Shown here one piece after another: positions 35,154-47,594 of a DNA stretch of 64,000 nucleotides. The stretch comes from Macrostomum lignano. Taxonomy: Eukaryota. The stretch lies in assembly GCA_002269645.1 (NCBI GenBank), contig NIVC01002212.1, forward strand, positions 1 through 64,000, read 5' to 3'. Position 1 is the stretch's first letter; every line of letters begins with the position of its first letter. The notes under the pieces are model-generated. The model did no database searches, was not told the DNA's origin, and saw only the letters and a list, made by a program, of their open reading frames with translations. The position numbers and the translations under genes are program-made.

Positions 35154-36093
35154 TCACATGTAGCCGTAAGCGACCACCTCGCAGAAGGTGAGGTGCCCGT
35201 TCAGCCGGTTGGTCACCCGCAGCCTGCGGCCGGCCATGTTGCAGGTGAAGTTCCGCACCGAGAAAGCGGTTGAGGTGACGAAGTCCACACAGGCGACGCC
35301 GTCCACCGTGATGACGAAGTTGTTGAGCCGGTGCGGGCAGCAGTCGCCGCGGTTGTACAGCGTCACCTCAGTGATGAAGGCCGGGTCAGCTGTGCCAGCC
35401 TCCCACCACTCGTTGACGCCGGACTCGGTGCAGAAGCAAGTCGAGAACGCCTGGGCCACGTTGCCGTCAGCAGCCTTGCCGCACAGGTTGCCGGTCGAAT
35501 ACACGGTGCTCTGCTCGCAGCCGGAGAGCGGCAGCTTGCAGATGCTGGAGACTAAAAGCAATAAAAGGTGGAACTGCTGGCTTATTGGAGTGATTGGGAA
35601 CGGCACTTCCCCCTTTTGAAGCAACAGAGATACAAATACTATAGATGCAGACCATCAGATGAATCAGATCACTAGGCTTTCGCTACTTTTGTACATCACC
35701 CGTGCAAATGATGACTGCATGTCAACAGATGCATGAATAGCCATACATGTATCTTATGCCCCTTTGCTCACAATCGAACTGTTGGTTCTTGTACACGGTC
35801 CCGGCAGCGGCCAGCCCGGCAGCTGTGGGCGACACCTCGCCGCCGGGAAGCATCAGGGAGCACTCGGAGTCTGCGAAGCGAGCGCAGAGGCACCAGCTCA
35901 AGATGGAGCACTCGTACAGGCACTGCACGAGACCGCGGCTGCTCACAGACAGCCGGACAACTCCGCATTGGCTGTCCGACTCCAGCCACATCGATCCATC
36001 AGCCACAGCGACTTCCGGCCCGGCCAGCAGCAGCCACAGGGCCAGCAAGAGAAGCGGCGGAACTCGAGACGGCAAAAGCGGACGGCAGAACAT
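35154..36093 (-). CDS. Secreted PAN/apple plus F-type (fucolectin) lectin domain protein, about 239 aa
   Basis: Exon 1 (36093-35772) has a signal peptide (..PPLLLLALWLLLAG..) and a PAN-like SRGLVQCLYECSILSWCLCARFADSECSL. Exon 2 (35551-35154) has KAADGN..CFCT..NEWW..EVTLYNRGDCCPHRL..LTFCEVVAYG. The intron is phase 1, GTGAGC..TTTTAG. Confidence 0.88.
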
Positions 36094-36480
36094 CTTCCGG
36101 AATTCGAGTCTGGGAACCCTAAAAGCGGCTTTGCAAGTTTATAAATGACTAAAAATGAGTGCGCCGGCTGAATACCACCTGCTGCATGCTAACTGCTTTT
36201 AGTTGGACATCGCCAGTCCGCTCCAATAGCAGTGAAGATGGAGGCCTGTGCTTTAATGACAAGACAGGCTGATACTCTTAGTATAATTGGGATACACCTG
36301 CTTATAACACAATTTTATTAATCCTGCGAAAAATCACGAAAAATAGCGAAATTCTCAACCATTAGCAATTATGAATTAATATAAATTCTCATAAACACGA
36401 TTCAGTAAAATATCAAAAGAGAAAAGCATGACAGAGTATGCAATAAACTACGAGTGCCGTCACAACAATACGGTGAAGTT

Positions 36481-39400
36481 CTAATGCAGTTTATTATTCT
36501 TGATCTTAAGAAATTTAATACGATTGTGGGTGGACTCCAGAGTGTTAATAAACACCTGAGTGGCGTCCTGAAGCTCTTTGCCGGCCTCCTGGTACCACTG
36601 CTTGAACGAGTCCTCGCAGATGATTGCGTTATCAAGGTAGGCGAAGAAGAGGTCGTTTATCAACTCTGCAGTGCATTTAGAAGGAATGCGCAGTTGAAAC
36701 TACTGAAGCACAGTGAGTAGAAAGGTCAGAGCATTGCTACCAGCAAAGCAAAACTCACCAAGTGAAAGGCCTGCACTCTTTATGGTGTCGCAGGTGGCGC
36801 TGAGAACCCACTGCTGTTGCTGCTCATGGGTCTCAATGTGCCGCATAAGGACTGGCTTAACCAGCAGGAACAGCGGCTTGTTCAGCTTCTTGCTCTCTGC
36901 AAAGCGTGAGAATTCAAGTCACAACTGACCTGCCATAAAGATGCTCCATCACTGCAAATGCACATCACCGACTGCCCACTCACGAGTGCAGCCGCGACAG
37001 ACGCTTCGCACGAGAACCCGGATGAACTCCCGAGACTCCATCTGCTTCTTGTCCACCTCCTTCTCTATGAGGGCGATCAGCTCCTCGGACAGCAGGTCCT
37101 TCGCCGAGGCGTCGCCGTCTGCGTTGCCGATTTTCTGCTCGATCCAGTCGCCGACGACGTCCAGGGCGATGGGCGATGGCGACAGCGTCGTCTCATGCAG
37201 AGTGAACTCCAGCTTGTTGGCTGCAACGAAGTCCGCCGAGTCCGCCTGCGGCAGCTCCAGCAGGCTGTGCCACGCCATCCCCGCCTCCCGGAACGCCGCG
37301 CCCACCCGGTTGTGGCCGAGCCGCCCGCTGGCCAGGTGTAGCGCCCGCGACACCACCTCGCCCCGCAGAGGTCGCCGGCTCGAGTCTCGCAGGTCGGCGG
37401 GGATCCTCAGCACCAGCTGCTGCACGCAGGACAGGTAGGAGGCCGCCTTCTGCACAAAGGAGGAGAAAATCTCTCCCAGGTAGCTGGACAAAAGCGGGAA
37501 GTCCGACAGGAAGTCGTCCGCCATCTCCATGATGGGTGAGAAGCTGCGGGGGAGCGGATGATGGGTGGGAGTCTGCAATCTACTGAAATCAATTCACAAC
37601 CCAAGGCCCAGAGCCGCTGTGCCACCCAGGCTGCTGACAGCTGGGCCTCCCAGGCTTCTGACAGCTGGGCCTCCCAGGCTTCTGACAGCTGGGCCTCCCA
37701 GGCTGCTGACAGCTGGGCCTCCCAGGCTTCTGGCAGCTGGGCCTCCCAGGCTTCTGACAGCTGGGCCTCCCAGGCTTCTGACAGCTGGGCCTCCCAGGCT
37801 TCTGACAGCTGGGCCTCCCAGGCTTCTGGCAGCTGGGCCTCCCAGGCTGCTGGCAGCTGGGCCTCCCAGGCTGCTGGCAGCTGGGCCTCCCAGGCTGCTG
37901 ACAGCTGGGCCTCCCAGGCTCCTGACAGCTGGGATCGCGTCGAGCTTCAGACAGCAAAAACTTCGTCAGCCGGGGGCCTCGGGGGCCTCACCGGGTCAGA
38001 CGGTAATTCCAAAATTCATCCTGCTGACGCATCGCGGTGAGCAGCTTCATCACTTTGCCCAGACTCACCCCTCAATAAGATCTTTCGAGCTGAGCAGCTC
38101 GCTGTGCAGCAACTCGAAGAGCAGCTGGCCGCCCTTCTCCCGAAGCTCTTTGCTGTTTTCATTCAGCAGGTGCTCCGCGTTCACCTCCACGAAGGCGCTG
38201 ATTTCCGGGTGACGCGAGATTTCAATGAAGTTGGATTTGGTGTCCTGAATGGAAGAAGGTGAGGGAGAGGATGTGGTGCTTCAGATTCTTCAGACACATT
38301 TATGCAAGGCAAGAGCTTACATCTAGCGAGCACAGGGAGCCGAGCCACTCCATCATTATGTTTTTGCTCTTCCGCTCCAGAACGTCCCGCGGTATCGGCG
38401 GCGGCTCAACGGACCGTGGCGACTCAACGGCCCGCGCCGGCAGCTCCTGGCTGGACTGAGAGCGCGGCATCTTGCCGGAGGCCGTCAGCGCTGCCACAGC
38501 GGGTTGCTGCAGCTGCTGCGATGGCGACAGCGTCGTCTCATGCAGAGTGAACTCCAGCTTGTTGGCTGCAACGAAGTCCGCCGCGTCCGCCTGCGGCAGC
38601 TCCAGCAGGCTGTGCCACGCCATCCCCGCCTCCCGGAACGCCGCGCCCACCCGGTTGTGGCCGAGCCGCCCGCTGGCCAGGTGTAGCGCCCGCGACACCA
38701 CCTCGCCCCGCAGAGGTCGCCGGCTCGAGTCTCGCAGGTCGGCGGGGATCCTCAGCACCAGCTGCTGCACGCAGGACAGGTAGGAGGCCGCCTTCTGCAC
38801 AAAGGAGGAGAAAATCTCTCCCAGGTAGCTGGACAAAAGCGGGAAGTCCGACAGGAAGTCGTCCGCCATCTCCATGATGGGTGAGAAGCTGCGGGGGAGC
38901 GGATGATGGGTGGGAGTCTGCAATCTACTGAAATCAATTCACAACCCAAGGCCCAGAGCCGCTGTGCCACCCAGGCTGCTGACAGCTGGGCCTCCCAGGC
39001 TTCTGACAGCTGGGCCTCCCAGGCTTCTGACAGCTGGGCCTCCCAGGCTGCTGACAGCTGGGCCTCCCAGGCTTCTGACAGCTGGGCCTCCCAGGCTTCT
39101 GACAGCTGGGCCTCCCAGGCTGCTGGCAGCTGGGCCTCCCAGGCTTCTGGCAGCTGGGCCTCCCAGGTTGCTGGCAGCTGGGCCTCCCAGGCTTCTGACA
39201 GCTGGGCCTCCCAGGCTTCTGACAGCTGGGCCTCCCAGGCTTCTGACAGCTGGGCCTCCCAGGCTTCTGGCAGCTGGGCCTCCCAGGCTGCTGGCAGCTG
39301 GGCCTCCCAGGCTGCTGGCAGCTGGGCCTCCCAGGCTGCTGACAGCTGGGCCTCCCAGGCTCCTGACAGCTAGGATCGCGTCGAGCTTCAGACAGCAAAA

Positions 39401-42400
39401 ACTTCGTCAGCCGGGGGCCTCGGGGGCCTCACCGGGTCAGACGGTAATTCCAAAATTCATCCTGCTGACGCATCGCGGTGAGCAGCTTCATCACTTTGCC
39501 CAGACTCACCCCTCAATAAGATCTTTCGAGCTGAGCAGCTCGCTGTGCAGCAACTCGAAGAGCAGCTGGCCGCCCTTCTCCCGAAGCTCTTTGCTGTTTT
39601 CATTCAGCAGGTGCTCCGCGTTCACCTCCACGAAGGCGCTGATTTCCGGGTGACGCGAGATTTCAATGAAGTTGGATTTGGTGTCCTGAATGGAAGAAGG
39701 TGAGGGAGAGGATGTGGTGCTTCAGATTCTTCAGACACATTTATGCAAGGCAAGAGCTTACATCTAGCGAGCACAGGGAGCCGAGCCACTCCATCATTAT
39801 GTTTTTGCTCTTCCGCTCCAGAACGTCCCGCGGTATCGGCGGCGGCTCAACGGACCGTGGCGACTCAACGGCCCGCGCCGGCAGCTCCTGGCTGGACTGA
39901 GAGCGCGGCATCTTGCCGGAGGCCGTCAGCGCTGCCACAGCGGGTTGCTGCAGCTGCTGCGATGGCGACAGCGTCGTCTCATGCAGAGTGAACTCCAGCT
40001 TGTTGGCTGCAACGAAGTCCGCCGCGTCCGCCTGCGGCAGCTCCAGCAGGCTGTGCCACGCCATCCCCGCCTCCCGGAACGCCGCGCCCACCCGGTTGTG
40101 GCCGAGCCGCCCGCTGGCCAGGTGTAGCGCCCGCGACACCACCTCGCCCCGCAGAGGTCGCCGGCTCGAGTCTCGCAGGTCGGCGGGGATCCTCAGCACC
40201 AGCTGCTGCACGCAGGACAGGTAGGAGGCCGCCTTCTGCACAAAGGAGGAGAAAATCTCTCCCAGGTAGCTGGACAAAAGCGGGAAGTCCGACAGGAAGT
40301 CGTCCGCCATCTCCATGATGGGTGAGAAGCTGCGGGGGAGCGGATGATGGGTGGGAGTCTGCAATCTACTGAAATCAATTCACAACCCAAGGCCCAGAGC
40401 CGCTGTGCCACCCAGGCTGCTGACAGCTGGGCCTCCCAGGCTTCTGACAGCTGGGCCTCCCAGGCTTCTGACAGCTGGGCCTCCCAGGCTGCTGACAGCT
40501 GGGCCTCCCAGGCTTCTGACAGCTGGGCCTCCCAGGCTTCTGACAGCTGGGCCTCCCAGGCTGCTGGCAGCTGGGCCTCCCAGGCTTCTGGCAGCTGGGC
40601 CTCCCAGGTTGCTGGCAGCTGGGCCTCCCAGGCTTCTGACAGCTGGGCCTCCCAGGCTTCTGACAGCTGGGCCTCCCAGGCTTCTGACAGCTGGGCCTCC
40701 CAGGCTTCTGGCAGCTGGGCCTCCCAGGCTGCTGGCAGCTGGGCCTCCCAGGCTGCTGGCAGCTGGGCCTCCCAGGCTGCTGACAGCTGGGCCTCCCAGG
40801 CTCCTGACAGCTAGGATCGCGTCGAGCTTCAGACAGCAAAAACTTCGTCAGCCGGGGGCCTCGGGGGCCTCACCGGGTCAGACGGTAATTCCAAAATTCA
40901 TCCTGCTGACGCATCGCGGTGAGCAGCTTCATCACTTTGCCCAGACTCACCCCTCAATAAGATCTTTCGAGCTGAGCAGCTCGCTGTGCAGCAACTCGAA
41001 GAGCAGCTGGCCGCCCTTCTCCCGAAGCTCTTTGCTGTTTTCATTCAGCAGGTGCTCCGCGTTCACCTCCACGAAGGCGCTGATTTCCGGGTGACGCGAG
41101 ATTTCAATGAAGTTGGATTTGGTGTCCTGAATGGAAGAAGGTGAGGGAGAGGATGTGGTGCTTCAGATTCTTCAGACACATTTATGCAAGGCAAGAGCTT
41201 ACATCTAGCGAGCACAGGGAGCCGAGCCACTCCATCATTATGTTTTTGCTCTTCCGCTCCAGAACGTCCCGCGGTATCGGCGGCGGCTCAACGGACCGTG
41301 GCGACTCAACGGCCCGCGCCGGCAGCTCCTGGCTGGACTGAGAGCGCGGCATCTTGCCGGAGGCCGTCAACGCTGCCACAGCGGGTTGCTGCAGCTGCTG
41401 CGATGGCGACAGCGTCGTCTCATGCAGAGTGAACTCCAGCTTGTTGGCTGCAACGAAGTCCGCCGCGTCCGCCTGCGGCAGCTCCAGCAGGCTGTGCCAC
41501 GCCATCCCCGCCTCCCGGAACGCCGCGCCCACCCGGTTGTGGCCGAGCCGCCCGCTGGCCAGGTGTAGCGCCCGCGACACCACCTCGCCCCGCAGAGGTC
41601 GCCGGCTCGAGTCTCGCAGGTCGGCGGGGATCCTCAGCACCAGCTGCTGCACGCAGGACAGGTAGGAGGCCGCCTTCTGCACAAAGGAGGAGAAAATCTC
41701 TCCCAGGTAGCTGGACAAAAGCGGGAAGTCCGACAGGAAGTCGTCCGCCATCTCCATGATGGGTGAGAAGCTGCGGGGGAGCGGATGATGGGTGGGAGTC
41801 TGCAATCTACTGAAATCAATTCACAACCCAAGGCCCAGAGCCGCTGTGCCACCCAGGCTGCTGACAGCTGGGCCTCCCAGGCTTCTGACAGCTGGGCCTC
41901 CCAGGCTTCTGACAGCTGGGCCTCCCAGGCTTCTGACAGCTGGGCCTCCCAGGCTTCTGACAGCTGGGCCTCCCAGGCTGCTGGCAGCTGGGCCTCCCAG
42001 GCTGCTGGCAGCTGGGCCTCCCAGGCTTCTGGCAGCTGGGCCTCCCAGGTTGCTGGCAGCTGGGCCTCCCAGGCTTCTGACAGCTGGGCCTCCCAGGCTT
42101 CTGACAGCTGGGCCTCCCAGGCTTCTGACAGCTGGGCCTCCCAGGCTTCTGGCAGCTGGGCCTCCCAGGCTGCTGGCAGCTGGGCCTCCCAGGCTGCTGA
42201 CAGCTGGGCCTCCCAGGCTCCTGACAGCTGGGATCGCGTCGAGCTTCAGACAGCAAAAACTTCGTCAGCCGGGGGCCTCGGGGGCCTCACCGGGTCAGAC
42301 GGTAATTCCAAAATTCATCCTGCTGACGCATCGCGGTGAGCAGCTTCATCACTTTGCCCAGACTCACCCCTCAATAAGATCTTTCGAGCTGAGCAGCTCG

Positions 42401-45400
42401 CTGTGCAGCAACTCGAAGAGCAGCTGGCCGCCCTTCTCCCGAAGCTCTTTGCTGTTTTCATTCAGCAGGTGCTCCGCGTTCACCTCCACGAAGGCGCTGA
42501 TTTCCGGGTGACGCGAGATTTCAATGAAGTTTGATTTGGTGTCCTGAATGGAAGAAGGTGAGGGAGAGGATGTGGTGCTTCAGATTCTTCAGACACATTT
42601 ATGCAAGGCAAGAGCTTACATCTAGCGAGCACAGGGAGCCGAGCCACTCCATCATTATGTTTTTGCTCTTCCGCTCCAGAACGTCCCGCGGTATCGGCGG
42701 CGGCTCAACGGACCGTGGCGACTCAACGGCCCGCGCCGGCAGCTCCTGGCTGGACTGAGAGCGCGGCATCTTGCCGGAGGCCGTCAACGCTGCCACAGCG
42801 GGTTGCTGCAGCTGCTGCGATGGCGACAGCGTCGTCTCATGCAGAGTGAACTCCAGCTTGTTGGCTGCAACGAAGTCCGCCGCGTCCGCCTGCGGCAGCT
42901 CCAGCAGGCTGTGCCACGCCATCCCCGCCTCCCGGAACGCCGCGCCCACCCGGTTGTGGCCGAGCCGCCCGCTGGCCAGGTGTAGCGCCCGCGACACCAC
43001 CTCGCCCCGCAGAGGTCGCCGGCTCGAGTCTCGCAGGTCGGCGGGGATCCTCAGCACCAGCTGCTGCACGCAGGACAGGTAGGAGGCCGCCTTCTGCACA
43101 AAGGAGGAGAAAATCTCTCCCAGGTAGCTGGACAAAAGCGGGAAGTCCGACAGGAAGTCGTCCGCCATCTCCATGATGGGTGAGAAGCTGCGGGGGAGCG
43201 GATGATGGGTGGGAGTCTGCAATCTACTGAAATCAATTCACAACCCAAGGCCCAGAGCCGCTGTGCCACCCAGGCTGCTGACAGCTGGGCCTCCCAGGCT
43301 TCTGACAGCTGGGCCTCCCAGGCTTCTGACAGCTGGGCCTCCCAGGCTGCTGACAGCTGGGCCTCCCAGGCTTCTGACAGCTGGGCCTCCCAGGCTTCTG
43401 ACAGCTGGGCCTCCCAGGCTGCTGGCAGCTGGGCCTCCCAGGCTTCTGGCAGCTGGGCCTCCCAGGTTGCTGGCAGCTGGGCCTCCCAGGCTTCTGACAG
43501 CTGGGCCTCCCAGGCTTCTGACAGCTGGGCCTCCCAGGCTTCTGACAGCTGGGCCTCCCAGGCTTCTGGCAGCTGGGCCTCCCAGGCTGCTGGCAGCTGG
43601 GCCTCCCAGGCTGCTGGCAGCTGGGCCTCCCAGGCTGCTGACAGCTGGGCCTCCCAGGCTCCTGACAGCTGGGATCGCGTCGAGCTTCAGACAGCAAAAA
43701 CTTCGTCAGCCGGGGCCTCGGGGGCCTCACCGGGTCAGACGGTAATTCCAAAATTCATCCTGCTGACGCATCGCGGTGAGCAGCTTCATCACTTTGCCCA
43801 GACTCACCCCTCAATAAGATCTTTCGAGCTGAGCAGCTCGCTGTGCAGCAACTCGAAGAGCAGCTGGCCGCCCTTCTCCCGAAGCTCTTTGCTGTTTTCA
43901 TTCAGCAGGTGCTCCGCGTTCACCTCCACGAAGGCGCTGATTTCCGGGTGACGCGAGATTTCAATGAAGTTGGATTTGGTGTCCTGAATGGAAGAAGGTG
44001 AGGGAGAGGATGTGGTGCTTCAGATTCTTCAGACACATTTATGCAAGGCAAGAGCTTACATCTAGCGAGCACAGGGAGCCGAGCCACTCCATCATTATGT
44101 TTTTGCTCTTCCGCTCCAGAACGTCCCGCGGTATCGGCGGCGGCTCAACGGACCGTGGCGACTCAACGGCCCGCGCCGGCAGCTCCTGGCTGGACTGAGA
44201 GCGCGGCATCTTGCCGGAGGCCGTCAGCGCTGCCACAGCGGGTTGCTGCAGCTGCTGCGATGGCGACAGCGTCGTCTCATGCAGAGTGAACTCCAGCTTG
44301 TTGGCTGCAACGAAGTCCGCCGCGTCCGCCTGCGGCAGCTCCAGCAGGCTGTGCCACGCCATCCCCGCCTCCCGGAACGCCGCGCCCACCCGGTTGTGGC
44401 CGAGCCGCCCGCTGGCCAGGTGTAGCGCCCGCGACACCACCTCGCCCCGCAGAGGTCGCCGGCTCGAGTCTCGCAGGTCGGCGGGGATCCTCAGCACCAG
44501 CTGCTGCACGCAGGACAGGTAGGAGGCCGCCTTCTGCACAAAGGAGGAGAAAATCTCTCCCAGGTAGCTGGACAAAAGCGGGAAGTCCGACAGGAAGTCG
44601 TCCGCCATCTCCATGATGGGTGAGAAGCTGCGGGGGAGCGGATGATGGGTGGGAGTCTGCAATCTACTGAAATCAATTCACAACCCAAGGCCCAGAGCCG
44701 CTGTGCCACCCAGGCTGCTGACAGCTGGGCCTCCCAGGCTTCTGACAGCTGGGCCTCCCAGGCTTCTGACAGCTGGGCCTCCCAGGCTGCTGACAGCTGG
44801 GCCTCCCAGGCTTCTGACAGCTGGGCCTCCCAGGCTTCTGACAGCTGGGCCTCCCAGGCTGCTGACAGCTGGGCCTCCCAGGCTTCTGGCAGCTGGGCCT
44901 CCCAGGCTTCTGACAGCTGGGCCTCCCAGGCTGCTGGCAGCTGGGCCTCCCAGGCTTCTGACAGCTGGGCCTCCCAGGCTTCTGACAGCTGGGCCTCCCA
45001 GGCTTCTGGCAGCTGGGCCTCCCAGGCTGCTGGCAGCTGGGCCTCCCAGGCTGCTGGCAGCTGGGCCTCCCAGGCTGCTGACAGCTGGGCCTCCCAGGCT
45101 CCTGACAGCTGGGATCGCGTCGAGCTTCAGACAGCAAAAACTTCGTCAGCCGGGGGCCTCGGGGGCCTCACCGGGTCAGACGGTAATTCCAAAATTCATC
45201 CTGCTGACGCATCGCGGTGAGCAGCTTCATCACTTTGCCCAGACTCACCCCTCAATAAGATCTTTCGAGCTGAGCAGCTCGCTGTGCAGCAACTCGAAGA
45301 GCAGCTGGCCGCCCTTCTCCCGAAGCTCTTTGCTGTTTTCATTCAGCAGGTGCTCCGCGTTCACCTCCACGAAGGCGCTGATTTCCGGGTGACGCGAGAT

Positions 45401-47594
45401 TTCAATGAAGTTGGATTTGGTGTCCTGAATGGAAGAAGGTGAGGGAGAGGATGTGGTGCTTCAGATTCTTCAGACACATTTATGCAAGGCAAGAGCTTAC
45501 ATCTAGCGAGCACAGGGAGCCGAGCCACTCCATCATTATGTTTTTGCTCTTCCGCTCCAGAACGTCCCGCGGTATCGGCGGCGGCTCAACGGACCGTGGC
45601 GACTCAACGGCCCGCGCTGGCAGCTCCTGGCTGGACTGAGAGCGCGGCATCTTGCCGGAGGCCGTCAACGCTGCCACAGCGGGTTGCTGCAGCTGCTGCG
45701 GATCCAGGTGCAGCGAGGCCTCCCGACTGGTGCCACGACTGGCGCTGGACTCTCGCGAGTTCTTCTGACTGCCCAACCTAGCGGAGGAGCGAGTTTGTGT
45801 TTAGCAAATTCTAAACATTTCTGAGGTCCAGGACAGGAAAACTAATTGAGGACGTCGAGAATCAAAGACAGTGTTTTCCCTTCTCTGAATTTTAGTATAC
45901 GACAAATCTTAGACATTTAGTATAGGTGGAAACCATTTTATGTTCTTTCCTATAATAGGTTATACCAGGGATGCTCAGAATATTCTCACCTCGGCGTGCC
46001 ACGGCCTCCGTCATCCTTGTCGCTGGGCCTTGCCTTGGCCACAAACGACGGTCGAGACGGGCCCAGCCGAGTCTGTGACTGGCCCTGCACCTGGCAGCTG
46101 CCGATGACCATCTTGCGAGCGTCCATCTTCTGTGCCTTGCGAGTCGTTGTTACTGGGGTCCACTTGCTGTTGGCCGCAAGGGTTTGCCCAGCAGGTGGAC
46201 GACTGAAGCCGCCCTGCCGGCCACCTCGAGTCTGCTGCTGCAGCTGCTGCGCCCACGATTCCTCATCCTGCCTGGCCTTCTGCTCCAGCTCCTCCTTCGT
46301 CATCGGCCTCTCGTGCAGCCGAATCTCCATCTCGCGCCGCTCCCAGTTCCGCTGCCGCATCTCTACGATGTCCTGCAGGCGGAACCGAACCTTCGACTCG
46401 ATCTCCTTGCTGTTGATCAGCTTCTTGATCCGCTCGAAGTACTGGTCGATTCGAGCCTTGGCGTTGTTCTCACTCTCCAGCTTTTTGCCGACTGTCTTCA
46501 GCAGCTCGCACAGGCACTCCAGCGACTCCGTGAACATGCTCTTGCTGCTGTGGTCTGACTTCAGCTGCGATACAATGCACTGATGGATGATGTTTGCCGT
46601 CAGGATGTCCTTCATGAACAGCTCGCCGATGAATCTGCAGTGAGGCATCATGAAATCACACAATACACTCTGCTAAGGAAGCGATTGACCCAGCTTCTAA
46701 CAGAAACTCACCTGATGTTCCCGTAATATTGGTCCTTTGCTTTCTTCATCTGCTCGTCCCTCTCCTCTTCCAGCGCCTTCTTCTTGTCTTCCTTCTCTTC
46801 TGCGTCGATCTTCTCTTGCCACTGCGCCCCCTTCTGCTCCATCTGCTCCTTCAGCGGAGTCTCGAACATTTCCTGGCATTTCTTCAGCAGCAGAGACCGG
46901 AAACCGATGAACTGTTTGTTCTCTTGAGACTGCTCGGGAAAGTTCACCTTGAGCTGCAGGTATGAAAATAGGAAACGTTAGAAATGATATTTACAAGCAC
47001 ACAAAACGTCTCAGTGTTTGCATAATATTTGTGACTATCGCTTACAAAGGCCAGCCGCTTGCAGATCTCAGCGAACACGGATGAGTAGGACTTCTCACGA
47101 GTGGCCTGCAGACAGAAAATGGGCGCATATTTAGCCAGGTGGGTGCAAGAGCAACTGCAGATTAGTTGAAATGAATTTTATTTATGGCGTAATCAGACAT
47201 AAACTGTTTTCTGCATTGCATATAAGTCAGGGATAACGGTCATCATAGGAGAAGTAGGTACCAGTCTACTCTCTCACTACAAGACAGTTATTACCTTCTC
47301 AAAGATGATGTCAACGCAGGCATTGAGACCTTGGATGCTGCCGATATCGCAGGTTGTGGTCAGCTGAGAGAAGCAGGACTCGAAGTTCTGCGGAGCAATC
47401 TTGTTCAGGATGGACCGAATGTCCCGCTCGGTCTTCTCCTTCTTGAGCTGCTCCTGGTCGTCAGGCTTCTTCTGCAGGAATCCGGGCACGTAGGGACAGT
47501 CGGTCTTGCGCATGTCGACCTTGACCTTGCGCACCTCAGTCGTAAGCTGTGACTTGGGTGCTGGTTTTGGCTGAGAGCTGTAGGACGTGTTCAG
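36481..47594 (-). CDS. EIF4G: Eukaryotic translation initiation factor 4G (MIF4G, six MA3, W2); 5' end unresolved
   Basis: Exons 47594-47295, 47105-47046, 46953-46712, 46634-45990, 45777-45501 and 45424-45249. Then five pairs: 44627-44060/43983-43808, 43187-42620/42543-42368, 41770-41203/41126-40951, 40329-39762/39685-39510 and 38888-38321/38244-38069. Then 37543-36984, 36896-36759 and 36665-36481. Total 6303 nt, in frame. Motifs: IRSILNKI, GNIRFIGELF, ESLECLCELLKTVGK and RFRLQDIVEMR (MIF4G); MADDFLSDFP..YLGE (MA3); YLDNAIICEDSFKQW (W2 AA-box). Confidence 0.92.
37174..45700. repeat. Six-copy segmental tandem duplication inside eIF4G (1345, 1441, 1441, 1417, 1440 and 1441 bp)
   Basis: Unit starts at 37174, 38519, 39960, 41401, 42818 and 44258. 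Each unit holds two MA3 exons and an intronic 24-bp minisatellite, GCTGGGCCTCCCAGGCTTCTGACA (12, 16, 16, 15, 16 and 16 copies). Confidence 0.95.

Noticed and set aside
4489-45220. Long repetitive ORFs (FTVHTVHCS, SLSLINLSP, ASIVEY, QSQSRICSG, SWASQA, GAPATE and others)
   Set aside because: They are open in several frames only because the repeat units lack stop codons. Those inside mapped genes lie within GT-AG introns.
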